Source: Bdellovibrionaceae bacterium UBA1609 (GTDB taxonomy: Bacteria; Bdellovibrionota; Bdellovibrionia; Bdellovibrionales; UBA1609). From it: DNA of 64,000 nucleotides. Numbering within the stretch: position 1 is the stretch's first letter; each line of letters starts with the position of its first letter. The stretch is from the NCBI GenBank assembly GCA_002321895.1, contig DCMZ01000012.1:5658-69657 (forward strand), in the 5' to 3' direction. Made by a program: the position numbers and the translations under genes. This document shows, one piece after another, positions 38,130-47,250 of this stretch. The notes beneath the pieces were generated by a model. That model ran no database searches. It was not told the DNA's origin and saw nothing but the letters and a program-made list of their open reading frames with translations.

Positions 38130-40172
38130 ATGAACTTTTTGAAGATCCTCAATCAATTTCAAGGCGTATTTAAGTGGTCTTCCTTTATCATAACCTTTTT
38201 TATAATGGTCATTTGTTTCTCAAATCTATCTTCCTATGATGTATATTGGCACCTGCATATGGGCTTGGATTTCATTGAAAAGGGGCTTTCTCTTTTTAAA
38301 GACCATGTGTCCATAGATTTTAGAGGAGAAGAGGTATCCAATTCCTCTTGGCTCTTTCAAATCTTTCTTGCTCTATTTTATAAAATTGATGGGTCTTTTT
38401 TAGGGCTGTACATATTTAAAAGTTTAATTTTCGGTTCTATCCTCCTGTTGTTGATCTATTTTGGCCGCGTAAGAAAATGGGATTGGGGTTTTGTGTTTGT
38501 AGCGGTTTTGTTAGTGGCAATGTCCATTGCCAATCGCAGAATGCTTAGGCCAGAGAATTTATCCTATGTTTTTTTCCTCATTTTTACCTTTCAATATCTT
38601 TCAATAGCTAGTGAGTTTTCGCGAAAAAAGCTTTGGGGAATGATCGCCGTCCTAGTGGTTTGGTGGAATTTTCATTCGAGTGTTTTATTTGGACTTGTAA
38701 TAATAGCGGGAGTACTGGCGCAGAGGTTTATCTTCTGCATTCATAACAAGAAATATAATTTAATTTTTAAAGAAGTTTTGTTCTTCGGAATAGTGGCTAA
38801 TTTAGTCATGTTTATCCATCCATTGATGACCCACCCTGCTCTTGGGTTGGCGGAAACTACAGATAAATGGTACACAATTATTACAGAATATCGTCCGCTT
38901 AGCATAGAGAAAAACCGCTTAGAGCATTTTGTAAGTATGACAGTGATGCTTTCAGTACCAGTCATCTCATTGGTGAGAAAACGTCTAGATTTGTTTTTCA
39001 TTTCCGGCATTATTATGGTTCAAACAGTGGTGAAATTTAAGCTCTATCCCTACTTTATGATATTCAACACAATTTTTTTGGTGGATTGGCTTTTTACAAA
39101 AAAGAATCTGGCGACTTCCCTTTTGAGAGAGAGAAACAAAAAAGCCATTTCAATTTTAGGGGTATTCTTACTGTTTATTGGTTATAATGCAGTTCTTATG
39201 GTGTATGGGCTCTATGGCTATTTTAGCCATTCCAGCGAGTTTGATAGGAGTCAGTATAAGTACAAATTTCCAGTTGAGATAGTGCAAACGATGAAAAATA
39301 ATGGTTGGAAGGGACCCATTTTTAATAACTACAATGCTGGTGGTTATTTAGGTTTCGCATTTCGTGGGGAGTCTCCCATATTGATCGACGGACGAAGTAA
39401 TATTCTTTATCCCTATGAATATTACGAAGAGTTAGTGAATGCTGGATCGCATGTTTTTCTATTTAGGGACTATGTAGTTAAAAGGAATATTCAGTACATT
39501 ATTACCGGTATGTCTTATTCGGACTTGTTGATGGATACCGCATTGAAGTCGGGTTATTATTCCATAGAAATGATAGATTCTACCAATATACTACTCACAA
39601 GGAATGCCATTCAGTTTCCCATTTTTACTTTGCTTCTAGTGAAGCCGTATTGCCTGGATCCTAAGCATAAGGAAGCTCTAATGAGGGAAAGGGAGCTTGC
39701 TCTTTCAAAAGATTACCAAGTTATGGGTGAGGTATTTGATTATATCCTAGCCTATTTAGAATCTGAGGATCCAAAAGCATTTATCCATCAACAAGTGAGT
39801 TGGAAAAAGGTTGCCATTCAAAGGTTGCGATTGTACTTCGCTTTTTTGAACAATGAGTTGGGGTTAATGTTGAGAATATCTGCAGGATCACCTCTGCCTC
39901 GTCTCTTAGCTTTGAAACTAAGCCGAAAGTTGGCCATGGATAATGACCCAATGGGAGCTGCTGAAGTCTTATCTCGAGCCAGACCGCCCCAAGGAGCTGG
40001 TCCTTTGGAGCAGTTTTCCTTTTTGGAGCAAATGAAGTGGTTGAATTCCAAATTTGAGAACCTCATTGATTCTTCAAAAATCGAAAAATTAGAGAAACTC
40101 ACACAACAGTACTCATTTTCTGGAGATGGAGCATCAGCTCGCTATCTCTCCTGCGATCGCTACGTCTATTGA
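38130..40172 (+). CDS. Polytopic membrane protein with large C-terminal soluble domain (possibly GT-C-like)
   Basis: 680 aa with more than 10 predicted TM helices in the first roughly 370 aa, then a soluble region. The GT-C glycosyltransferase architecture is only an analogy. Confidence 0.5.
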   Translation: MNFLKILNQFQGVFKWSSFIITFFIMVICFSNLSSYDVYWHLHMGLDFIEKGLSLFKDHVSIDFRGEEVSNSSWLFQIFLALFYKIDGSFLGLYIFKSLIFGSILLLLIYFGRVRKWDWGFVFVAVLLVAMSIANRRMLRPENLSYVFFLIFTFQYLSIASEFSRKKLWGMIAVLVVWWNFHSSVLFGLVIIAGVLAQRFIFCIHNKKYNLIFKEVLFFGIVANLVMFIHPLMTHPALGLAETTDKWYTIITEYRPLSIEKNRLEHFVSMTVMLSVPVISLVRKRLDLFFISGIIMVQTVVKFKLYPYFMIFNTIFLVDWLFTKKNLATSLLRERNKKAISILGVFLLFIGYNAVLMVYGLYGYFSHSSEFDRSQYKYKFPVEIVQTMKNNGWKGPIFNNYNAGGYLGFAFRGESPILIDGRSNILYPYEYYEELVNAGSHVFLFRDYVVKRNIQYIITGMSYSDLLMDTALKSGYYSIEMIDSTNILLTRNAIQFPIFTLLLVKPYCLDPKHKEALMRERELALSKDYQVMGEVFDYILAYLESEDPKAFIHQQVSWKKVAIQRLRLYFAFLNNELGLMLRISAGSPLPRLLALKLSRKLAMDNDPMGAAEVLSRARPPQGAGPLEQFSFLEQMKWLNSKFENLIDSSKIEKLEKLTQQYSFSGDGASARYLSCDRYVY

Positions 40173-40274
40173 TAGCCTAACAATTGAACACCTATGTACT
40201 GTTTTCACTTCTGAAATGGCCGCTAGGAGAATTGGCGTTTACCCCTTAAAACTGTATCTCATTGGAGTTGAGAT

Positions 40275-41210
40275 ATGGGAAAAATAGATAAAACAGGATT
40301 GCTGTATGCATTAAGTTCCTATTTGTTTTGGGGTACAGTTCCGTTCTATTTTTGGGCTGTCAAAGAGGTTTCTTCTTTAGAGGTTCTTAGTCACCGGGTT
40401 CTTTGGTCCGTAGTCTGTTTAGCGGCAATATTGCGGTTTCAAAAACGATTGATCCCCACTTTGAAACTACTCTTCAATAAAAAAGTATTTCTAAGTATGC
40501 TTGTGACGGGTTCACTCATGGTGACCAACTGGTTGATTTTCATACATGCTATTTCTTCTGGACAGACTTTGGAAAGCAGCTTTGGATATTTTATCCTGCC
40601 ATTGATCTCTATTGCTTTGGGCTTTTTGGTTCTTGGCGAGAAACTCAGCCGGAGCCAATTTGTGGCTCTTTTCCTCGCTTCATTGGGTGTCATCTACCAG
40701 ATTGTTTTAATTGGTGAATTGCCTTGGATAGCATTGGGCTTGGCCATCACTTTCGGAATTTATGGTTTGATTAGAAAACAGGTGAAAGTGGGGCCGATCC
40801 AGGGTGTATTCTTGGAGGCGACCATTGTTTTACCCGTAGCAGCGTTAGCTTTGTATGTACAGGGTAACAAAGGGTTATTGGTTTTTGGTGAAGATCTTCA
40901 TTTAACTTTCTTGCTCTCGTTGGCTGGCTTTATGACTTTTATTCCTTTGTGGCTTTTTTCAGAAGGGGCCAAGCGAATACCATTAAGTGCCAATGGGTTT
41001 CTGCAGTTTATGACGCCGACCATCCACTTTTTTGTGGCTATTGTTTCTTTCAACGAGCCCCTAGATAGCAATAGGCTAGTGAGCTTTGCCTTGGTTTGGG
41101 TAGGGTTAGCTATCATGGTGATATTCCCGCTAATGCGAAATCAGATCCAAAGTTATAAATCTCGCCGTTCAAAGAAATTACACGGCCATAGAGGAGCATC
41201 GGCTCTCTAG
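40275..41210 (+). CDS. rarD: EamA/RarD family transporter
   Basis: GLLYALSSYLFWGTVPFYF N-terminus and a 10-TM duplicated EamA architecture typical of RarD. Confidence 0.75.
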   Translation: MGKIDKTGLLYALSSYLFWGTVPFYFWAVKEVSSLEVLSHRVLWSVVCLAAILRFQKRLIPTLKLLFNKKVFLSMLVTGSLMVTNWLIFIHAISSGQTLESSFGYFILPLISIALGFLVLGEKLSRSQFVALFLASLGVIYQIVLIGELPWIALGLAITFGIYGLIRKQVKVGPIQGVFLEATIVLPVAALALYVQGNKGLLVFGEDLHLTFLLSLAGFMTFIPLWLFSEGAKRIPLSANGFLQFMTPTIHFFVAIVSFNEPLDSNRLVSFALVWVGLAIMVIFPLMRNQIQSYKSRRSKKLHGHRGASAL

Positions 41211-41287
41211 CCAAATCTAAAGCTATTGCATATACTCCAGATTGATTCATAATGTGTGTTTGTGAATATTATCTGGGGGGAGTATCA

Positions 41288-41929
41288 ATGAGATCTTTAA
41301 TAGGGATAGCTGCATTATTATTTTCGTTTCCAACGTTAGCCATTCAGGTCATCGCGCTCAAGGGAAATGTAAAGTACAAAAATCAAGACGGACAGTTTGT
41401 TGGTCTAAAAGAAAATCAAACTTTTAAAACTCAAGCTACATTTAGGACGGGTAGGAAGTCATTGGTCCTCTTGAAATTAACTAACGGATCTCGAGTTAAG
41501 TTAAACGCTCAAACCACTTTAAGTGTGAAAGACCAGATTGAGGCAGAAGTCGATCTGAGTCAGGGTAGTGTGTTCGTGAAGTTTAACAAAGAGAAGGGTA
41601 AATCATTTCGGCTGAAGACGAGAACGGCCGTAGCTGGAGTCAGAGGAACAGAGTTTTTTACTAGCTATGGTTCCAATGAAAATGGCGATGACGTTTGGTT
41701 ATGTGTGAATGAAGGTGTGGTTCGAGTGGAGAACTTGAACACAAAATCGGTTAAGAATGTAAAGCAAGGTGAGGGAGTTGGGATACCCTCCGGCAAAGAA
41801 ACTACTGATCCTAAACCCTTAGCGTGGACTAAAAAGCTCAATTGGAATATGGATTCGGATTCAGATTTAGAGAATACGGTGAGTATTGAAGCCGCCTATA
41901 CGGATCTTTTGGATGAGGATTATGATTAG
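41288..41929 (+). CDS. Secreted FecR-domain protein (paralog of 18687-19892)
   Basis: Signal peptide MRSLIGIAALLFSFPTLA. KSLVLLKLTNGSRVKLNAQT...AVAGVRGTEFF matches the FecR core. ATG after GGGGGGAG. Confidence 0.7.
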   Translation: MRSLIGIAALLFSFPTLAIQVIALKGNVKYKNQDGQFVGLKENQTFKTQATFRTGRKSLVLLKLTNGSRVKLNAQTTLSVKDQIEAEVDLSQGSVFVKFNKEKGKSFRLKTRTAVAGVRGTEFFTSYGSNENGDDVWLCVNEGVVRVENLNTKSVKNVKQGEGVGIPSGKETTDPKPLAWTKKLNWNMDSDSDLENTVSIEAAYTDLLDEDYD

Positions 41930-42680
41930 GGCAATTATTCTTTTAGTAATTAGTTTTTACGGTTTGGTGGGAATGGGGCATGACCATTCCCCTCACGACA
42001 GTGACCCCAGCGCGTCTCCTCAACTGGGGTTAGATTTAAGATATATTTTGAAGGATGGTTTGCTCACCTATATTGGCGAGGTACAAGCTCATCAAAACAA
42101 TTTTGGACGCGAGATCTACTCAGCCCAAATTCTTGCTTATTATAGACTGCATACGAACCTTAAAGTGGGAGTTTTAGTTCGCCAGCAATATGGTGCTGTT
42201 CACGATGATGATTGGCTTGAGGACTCAGGGGACTGGTTTTGGGGAGAAACCCAAAATAGACGTGAAACTCAATTTGGCTTGGATGTTACACCAAGGATAC
42301 TTCTTTCCGATTGTCTCGTTGGCGAGATTAAGTTGCGTTACATGTATAATGATTTCAATCATCATCAGACTTTAAAAGTCCGACCTGGAGTCACCTATTT
42401 TTGGCTGAAACAGGGAAAGCCTTTTTGGAATTTATTTGGTCGATGGGAACGCTATGTTCCACTTAATTTTGGTAATCATTCTGTCTATGAGGATTGGCTC
42501 TATCTAGGCGGATTGTTTCATAAAACTCCCTCCTTTAAACCGGGATTCTTTGTCGCTTTGAAGCGCGGGTATTGGACGCCGAGCCAGCAGGCGAAGGTGA
42601 TCCGACCGGGAGAGTCTTACGAGTACACGGAAAACACTGTTGTGCTAGGGCTATCCTTTACCTTTTTAAATTCTTTATAG
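41922..42680 (+). CDS. Hypothetical exported beta-rich protein, translationally coupled to the FecR-domain gene
   Basis: The ATG at 41922 overlaps the upstream stop by 8 nt. N-terminal hydrophobic MIRAIILLVISFYGLVG. Aromatic/Gly-rich alternating pattern. Confidence 0.5.
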   Translation: MIRAIILLVISFYGLVGMGHDHSPHDSDPSASPQLGLDLRYILKDGLLTYIGEVQAHQNNFGREIYSAQILAYYRLHTNLKVGVLVRQQYGAVHDDDWLEDSGDWFWGETQNRRETQFGLDVTPRILLSDCLVGEIKLRYMYNDFNHHQTLKVRPGVTYFWLKQGKPFWNLFGRWERYVPLNFGNHSVYEDWLYLGGLFHKTPSFKPGFFVALKRGYWTPSQQAKVIRPGESYEYTENTVVLGLSFTFLNSL

Positions 42681-42786
42681 TCCTTTCTGAAATCTCTTCC
42701 CTAGTTGCAGATGCCGAACCGTGTTAGTTCCAGACTAAACAAAAACACATATGTACCCCGGCATCCCCCACGAAAGGAATACCAGA

Positions 42787-45153
42787 ATGTTCGCTAGACA
42801 TTTATTAACAGCGACTTTGGCGGTTTCAATGGCAGTTCCAGCATTTGCTGTAGAGCGGTTATCTACCCCCGAGTTAGCTAAACACATAAAAGAAGTGGCT
42901 ACAGGCCAAAAACAATTAAAGTATGTCATTGATAACCAAAAAGCCGCATTAAGCTTAGGCCGTGAGCCAGAAGCCTTCGTTGCTGGTGGAGGATTTTTTA
43001 GCGCGAGCATTCCTAATCCTGGAGACCCTTTAGGGAATTCTAAAATAATGGTGAATGATAACCTTTTTAAATACATGTGGCAGATGCAAGCCAGTGAGTC
43101 CCGACATTTGGAAGGACCTGGATATGTAAACATCATTGCTCAATTTGATGGTACAGATCAGCCCGAACTATTAAAATATGTTAAAGAGGGTGATGTGGTT
43201 GTTTACTGGCACCCTGAGTATGCAGATGAAAGCATGGACACATATCAGCAATGGCGGGCTACCCATGCTGCAACTATTGTTGAAGTGGAAAAAGATGGAA
43301 AAACTTTAATTGCCACTGCAGACATCCCTGCGGGTTACGCTCGTCCCTTTAACGGTTCTGCGAGAACTCCCGCTCACGTATTTAGATACGTAGCTCGTGA
43401 TGCTGCTGGAAATATCATTCCAAATGTTGAAGCTTACGGTAAGCAAATCGCTCGTTGGGCGACGATGGCTTTCGGTCGTTTTGGTTTTAACGGTGACTAC
43501 GGATCTATGTCCGTACGTCGTCCTATCGACCTTAAAGGTTTTGCGCGGGAATACCTAGATCCAAATGGTGAGATTCCTGAAATGTATTGTGCATGGTATG
43601 CCTACACTAACGTGAACTTGGGTGTAATGTGCCCACTAGGTTCTGGTTGTGTTGAGAACAACTTTTCATCAGATCACGAACGCCTCACTAGCCAAGACAA
43701 TCCTTTTAGCTACATTGGTGACAGCAATCGTGGTTACTCCAATGTGATGTATGGAGAAGGTAAGTACAGCGACTATGCTACTGGTGCTGGTATGAGCTAT
43801 GGTTTTGATAAGTTCGCGGTTAAGCCGTTGACGGCTCAAAACCTTATGATGAACTTTTTTGATCGTGTGATCGGTACCGATAAAGATGCGGCTAAAACTC
43901 CGCAAACTTGGGTGGCTCACGCGATGTTTAAAGCGGGTGCTTTACAGCAACAAAAAGATTCATTTATGTACAACTTCCGTACTCGTGCTGGCCGTGTCAT
44001 TCCTACCGTAACCGCTGAGCAAGATGGCAGTGGCTACACAATCAGTGAAGAGGACGCTGAGGCCTACACTGAAGAGGTGGGAAACCTGATTGATCAGTTT
44101 GCCTACCTTTACAAGCAGTCTGCAGAGAAAGTGGGTGCGGGTGAAGCGGATCCAGTTGCGGAAGAGCAACAAATCCGTGCTAAACTTAAAGAGCTTTTAG
44201 ATACAGAAAGAGCCAAGCCCACAGGCCGTCGTTGGATCCCTCCTTATGGGTTTGCTGCGGAAGCAGAAGCGGTAGAGCAATATCTTTTACCTGAAGGTGA
44301 AAAGTATCTTCCAGCCATGGTTTATGTGGGAACTATCATTCACTATGATAGCTACCTTAAAGAAGCTGGTTCTGCGAGCCAAAACTACATCTCTCCAAAA
44401 GGTGGCCTAGCGGCAGATCCTAGAGATGCAGCTTTAGATGCAAAAATTCTTGCAGCCCTTGGAATCGAAGCTTCCACTATGGAAGAGCCTCGCCGTCCAG
44501 AATACAACTATTGCAGTAACTACCGTAGAGCGTCTCGTCAGTGGAGAAGTTGTCGTTGGGAAAACCGTAATCTTCGTGTGGCTTATGAAGAAGCGTTGGC
44601 GGCCTATGAAAGCGGTCAGTCTAATGTAGATGCGACTGAGGCCTTGTTTGAAGCCCTTATGGCAGAAACGGAAGACAACTATGCTTTTGGTTTAAACCCT
44701 TACGAATCTGCGGCACTTAAAGCTGTGCTTTACCACTGGCAAGATGAGTTCCCAGAAGACGAAGACGAGTTGGCTTCCGACCGGGTACAGGAGCTTGTTA
44801 AGGCTCACAACAACTACGGTATGGACCCTGTAACATTTAAGCGTTGGTTGGTGTCTTACTGGAACAGTCCTAAATCAGTTCGTCCAACACTTTATGATGT
44901 TGAGAACGGTGGTAAGTTGTTTAAGTTACCTTCTAACTCTGCTGAGTTAGCGACACTTACAGATGCTGATGCTTTCTTCTCTTTAAATTCAGAAGTTCTA
45001 TCTGATGCTGAAAGAAAGTCAGTGGCTACAAACAGTGCCAACGATCCTACAGACGCTCAACCGCGTTTGGACGAAGAAATCGTTTGCGGTGGAGACCGAG
45101 GAGACCAGCGGGTTCCATTGGCATCTGCTGACGTAATTCCTAACTGTAACTAA
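42787..45153 (+). CDS. Large secreted protein with permuted-papain (YiiX/C92-like) signature
   Basis: Signal peptide MFARHLLTATLAVSMAVPAFA. GDVVVYWHP...THAATIVEV...MYCAWYAY parallels the YiiX GDIIF...SHTGMLV...YCSEVVW order (His before Cys). About 480 C-terminal residues are unassigned. Confidence 0.5.
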   Translation: MFARHLLTATLAVSMAVPAFAVERLSTPELAKHIKEVATGQKQLKYVIDNQKAALSLGREPEAFVAGGGFFSASIPNPGDPLGNSKIMVNDNLFKYMWQMQASESRHLEGPGYVNIIAQFDGTDQPELLKYVKEGDVVVYWHPEYADESMDTYQQWRATHAATIVEVEKDGKTLIATADIPAGYARPFNGSARTPAHVFRYVARDAAGNIIPNVEAYGKQIARWATMAFGRFGFNGDYGSMSVRRPIDLKGFAREYLDPNGEIPEMYCAWYAYTNVNLGVMCPLGSGCVENNFSSDHERLTSQDNPFSYIGDSNRGYSNVMYGEGKYSDYATGAGMSYGFDKFAVKPLTAQNLMMNFFDRVIGTDKDAAKTPQTWVAHAMFKAGALQQQKDSFMYNFRTRAGRVIPTVTAEQDGSGYTISEEDAEAYTEEVGNLIDQFAYLYKQSAEKVGAGEADPVAEEQQIRAKLKELLDTERAKPTGRRWIPPYGFAAEAEAVEQYLLPEGEKYLPAMVYVGTIIHYDSYLKEAGSASQNYISPKGGLAADPRDAALDAKILAALGIEASTMEEPRRPEYNYCSNYRRASRQWRSCRWENRNLRVAYEEALAAYESGQSNVDATEALFEALMAETEDNYAFGLNPYESAALKAVLYHWQDEFPEDEDELASDRVQELVKAHNNYGMDPVTFKRWLVSYWNSPKSVRPTLYDVENGGKLFKLPSNSAELATLTDADAFFSLNSEVLSDAERKSVATNSANDPTDAQPRLDEEIVCGGDRGDQRVPLASADVIPNCN

Positions 45154-45173
45154 GTTTGGATTTAATGTTTTGA

Positions 45174-45209
45174 TTTTTTAAAGGCGACCTTTGGGTCGCC
45201 TTTTTTTAT
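45174..45209. terminator. Bidirectional rho-independent terminator between convergent genes
   Basis: TTTTTTA-AAGGCGACC-tttg-GGTCGCCTT-TTTTTT, with A/T runs on both sides. Confidence 0.7.
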
Positions 45210-45221
45210 GCTCTGCCGGAA

Positions 45222-45716
45222 TTAAATCGCTAGATACTCCAATTGCGACATGAAATTCTCAACCGGAAGGATTTTTTGTTTAAAATGATCTTCTTTTAGG
45301 AGTTCGGAAAGTAAGTAAAGTGCATCGGTGACCGTAAAAATACCGATCACTTGATTCTTCTCGTTGGCAACAATGGCACAGCCTATTTTTTTGCGGGCCA
45401 TATGATAAGTGACATCCTCTAAATCCTCTCCTGGGGCCACTGTATAAACATCTTCGGTCATCACTTGACCCACTGGAGTTTCGGCTCCCTTTGGGCTGGA
45501 TAGGCCTTGTAAGAGGTCTCTGTGGCTGACTATGCCAATAATTTGGTCTTCTGACATGACAGGGAGATGGCGAATATTACAGTCCTGCATGAGTTTTATG
45601 GCATGTTGGACGCTCAGCTGTGCATCTGTAATGAATGGATATTTTTGCATTCTCTCTTTAACTAAAACGCTCAAGTGGCCCTCCTTTTTAAAATGTGATC
45701 TTGCCCTGTTAATCAT
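45222..45716 (-). CDS. CBS-domain pair protein
   Basis: Two CBS repeats (IRHLPVMSEDQIIGIVSHRDL and GCAIVANEKNQVIGIFTVTDAL). No attached catalytic domain. Confidence 0.75.
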   Translation of the reverse strand: MINRARSHFKKEGHLSVLVKERMQKYPFITDAQLSVQHAIKLMQDCNIRHLPVMSEDQIIGIVSHRDLLQGLSSPKGAETPVGQVMTEDVYTVAPGEDLEDVTYHMARKKIGCAIVANEKNQVIGIFTVTDALYLLSELLKEDHFKQKILPVENFMSQLEYLAI

Positions 45717-45928
45717 CTAGAGCAATGGAGATACCAGTTGAGAGCGCTCAGAGGCCTATACAGCGGATATATGGGAACAATTGTCCAATGGCCGTGAAAA
45801 CCTGTCACCTTGTTGAGCGCTTCCTTGTGCCGTTGTGTAACATATTGATGAATGGTCAGGTTGAGGATTGGAGAAATCCTTTTGATTAACCCATTGCACC
45901 TCAGCTAGGTGTGTGCAGATAATGTCTT

Positions 45929-47050
45929 ATGCCTATTCCATTTAACAAGCCCTATAAAGCTGGAAACGAACTGGACTATCTGAAACAGGTTTTGGATTCG
46001 GACCATATGAGTGGCAACTATGGATTTACTAAAAAGTGCCATGAGTTTTTGAAGAAACAATCTTCCGCTGAAGAGGTGTTTCTTACCCAGTCGGCTACCG
46101 CCGGTTTGGAGATGGCATTGATGTTGGCCGACATTGGTCCAGGGGATGAAGTGATTTTACCGTCGTTCACATTTTCATCTTGTGCCACTGCGATCGTTCG
46201 GCAAGGGGGAGTTCCCGTATTTGTAGATGTGGATTTTGATTCTAGAAATGTGACCGCCTCCTATTTGGAGAAAGGTATCACCGACAAAACCAAACTTTTG
46301 CTTCCGGTGCATTACGCCGGAAACCCCTGTGAGATGGATGACATTCTTGCTTTGGCGAAGCAGCACAATCTTATTGTGCTGGAAGATGCAGCCCAGGGTT
46401 TGGGAAGCGCCTATAAGGGGAAAGCGCTGGGATCCTTAGGTCATCTTGGCGTTTACAGTTTTCATGAGACCAAAAACATCACTTGTGGCGAGGGGGGAGC
46501 ATTGCTGGTCAATGCCTCTGAATTTAAGGATCGAGCTGAAATACTGTGGGAGAAGGGCACCAATCGCAGACAATTTTTTAGAGGCGAAGTGGATAAGTAT
46601 TCCTGGGTGGATCAAGGGTCTTCTTTTTTGCCCAGTGAACTCACTGCCGCAGTATTGTGGGCGCAACTTCAAAAATTGGAAGAAGTGACTTTGCATAGAA
46701 GAAAAATCTGGGAACATTATTATCAAAGATTTGAAGCCCTCGAGGAACGTGGAGTATTAACTCGGCCGAAGATCAACGAACAAGGAAATCACAACGGACA
46801 TATCTTTTCTGTAACCTTTAATGAGGGTAAGGTGAGGGATCGAGTTCTAGATGATTTTAGGAGTAAGGAAATGGGAGCGACCTTTCATTACATTCCTTTA
46901 CATAGTTCTCCTGCAGGTAAGAAATACGGGCGTGTGGCTGGTGATTTAACAAATGTAAATCAAGTCAGTGAGAGACTTATTCGTCTGCCCATTTGGTATG
47001 GTTTTGAAGCCGTAGATCAAGTGGTCGGCACCGTGGAAGAGTCCATTTAA
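45929..47050 (+). CDS. wecE: dTDP-4-amino-4,6-dideoxygalactose transaminase (WecE/DegT family)
   Basis: Collinear with E. coli WecE as I recall it: IPFNKP..GNELDYL, SATAGLEMA, LPSFTFSS, PVHYAG, EDAAQG, SFHETKN (PLP Lys), EKGTNR, VDKYSW, HYIPLHSSPAG. Confidence 0.9.
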   Translation: MPIPFNKPYKAGNELDYLKQVLDSDHMSGNYGFTKKCHEFLKKQSSAEEVFLTQSATAGLEMALMLADIGPGDEVILPSFTFSSCATAIVRQGGVPVFVDVDFDSRNVTASYLEKGITDKTKLLLPVHYAGNPCEMDDILALAKQHNLIVLEDAAQGLGSAYKGKALGSLGHLGVYSFHETKNITCGEGGALLVNASEFKDRAEILWEKGTNRRQFFRGEVDKYSWVDQGSSFLPSELTAAVLWAQLQKLEEVTLHRRKIWEHYYQRFEALEERGVLTRPKINEQGNHNGHIFSVTFNEGKVRDRVLDDFRSKEMGATFHYIPLHSSPAGKKYGRVAGDLTNVNQVSERLIRLPIWYGFEAVDQVVGTVEESI

Positions 47051-47058
47051 TCCATAGT

Positions 47059-47124
47059 CTTTCCATAATGTTTCCACATTCTTTCCATAATGTTTCCACA
47101 TTCTTTCCATAATGTTTCCACAAT
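47059..47124. repeat. Tandem direct repeat, 3 x 22 bp (equivalently 6 x 11 bp)
   Basis: CTTTCCATAATGTTTCCACATT at 47059-47080 and 47081-47102 are identical; 47103-47124 has 1 mismatch. Each unit holds two TTTCCA(T/C)A half-sites 11 bp apart. Degenerate TCCAT copies occur at 47042 and 47051. Confidence 0.95.
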
Positions 47125-47250
47125 TGAACGGCAAAATCGGTTTTTGGGAAGAGTTTTCCCTAGTGCTTAATTTAATTCGCGCAACGCATTAAGCATCTGT
47201 ATAGTGATCATGAATACAGCCTAAAAATAATATTTGTTTTAGGAGATTTT

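Noticed and set aside
47059-47124. Considered whether the 22-bp tandem repeats are a CRISPR array.
   Set aside because: The repeats are directly abutting with no spacers, there are only three copies, and there are no cas genes in the window. I reported them as a tandem repeat or binding-site array instead.
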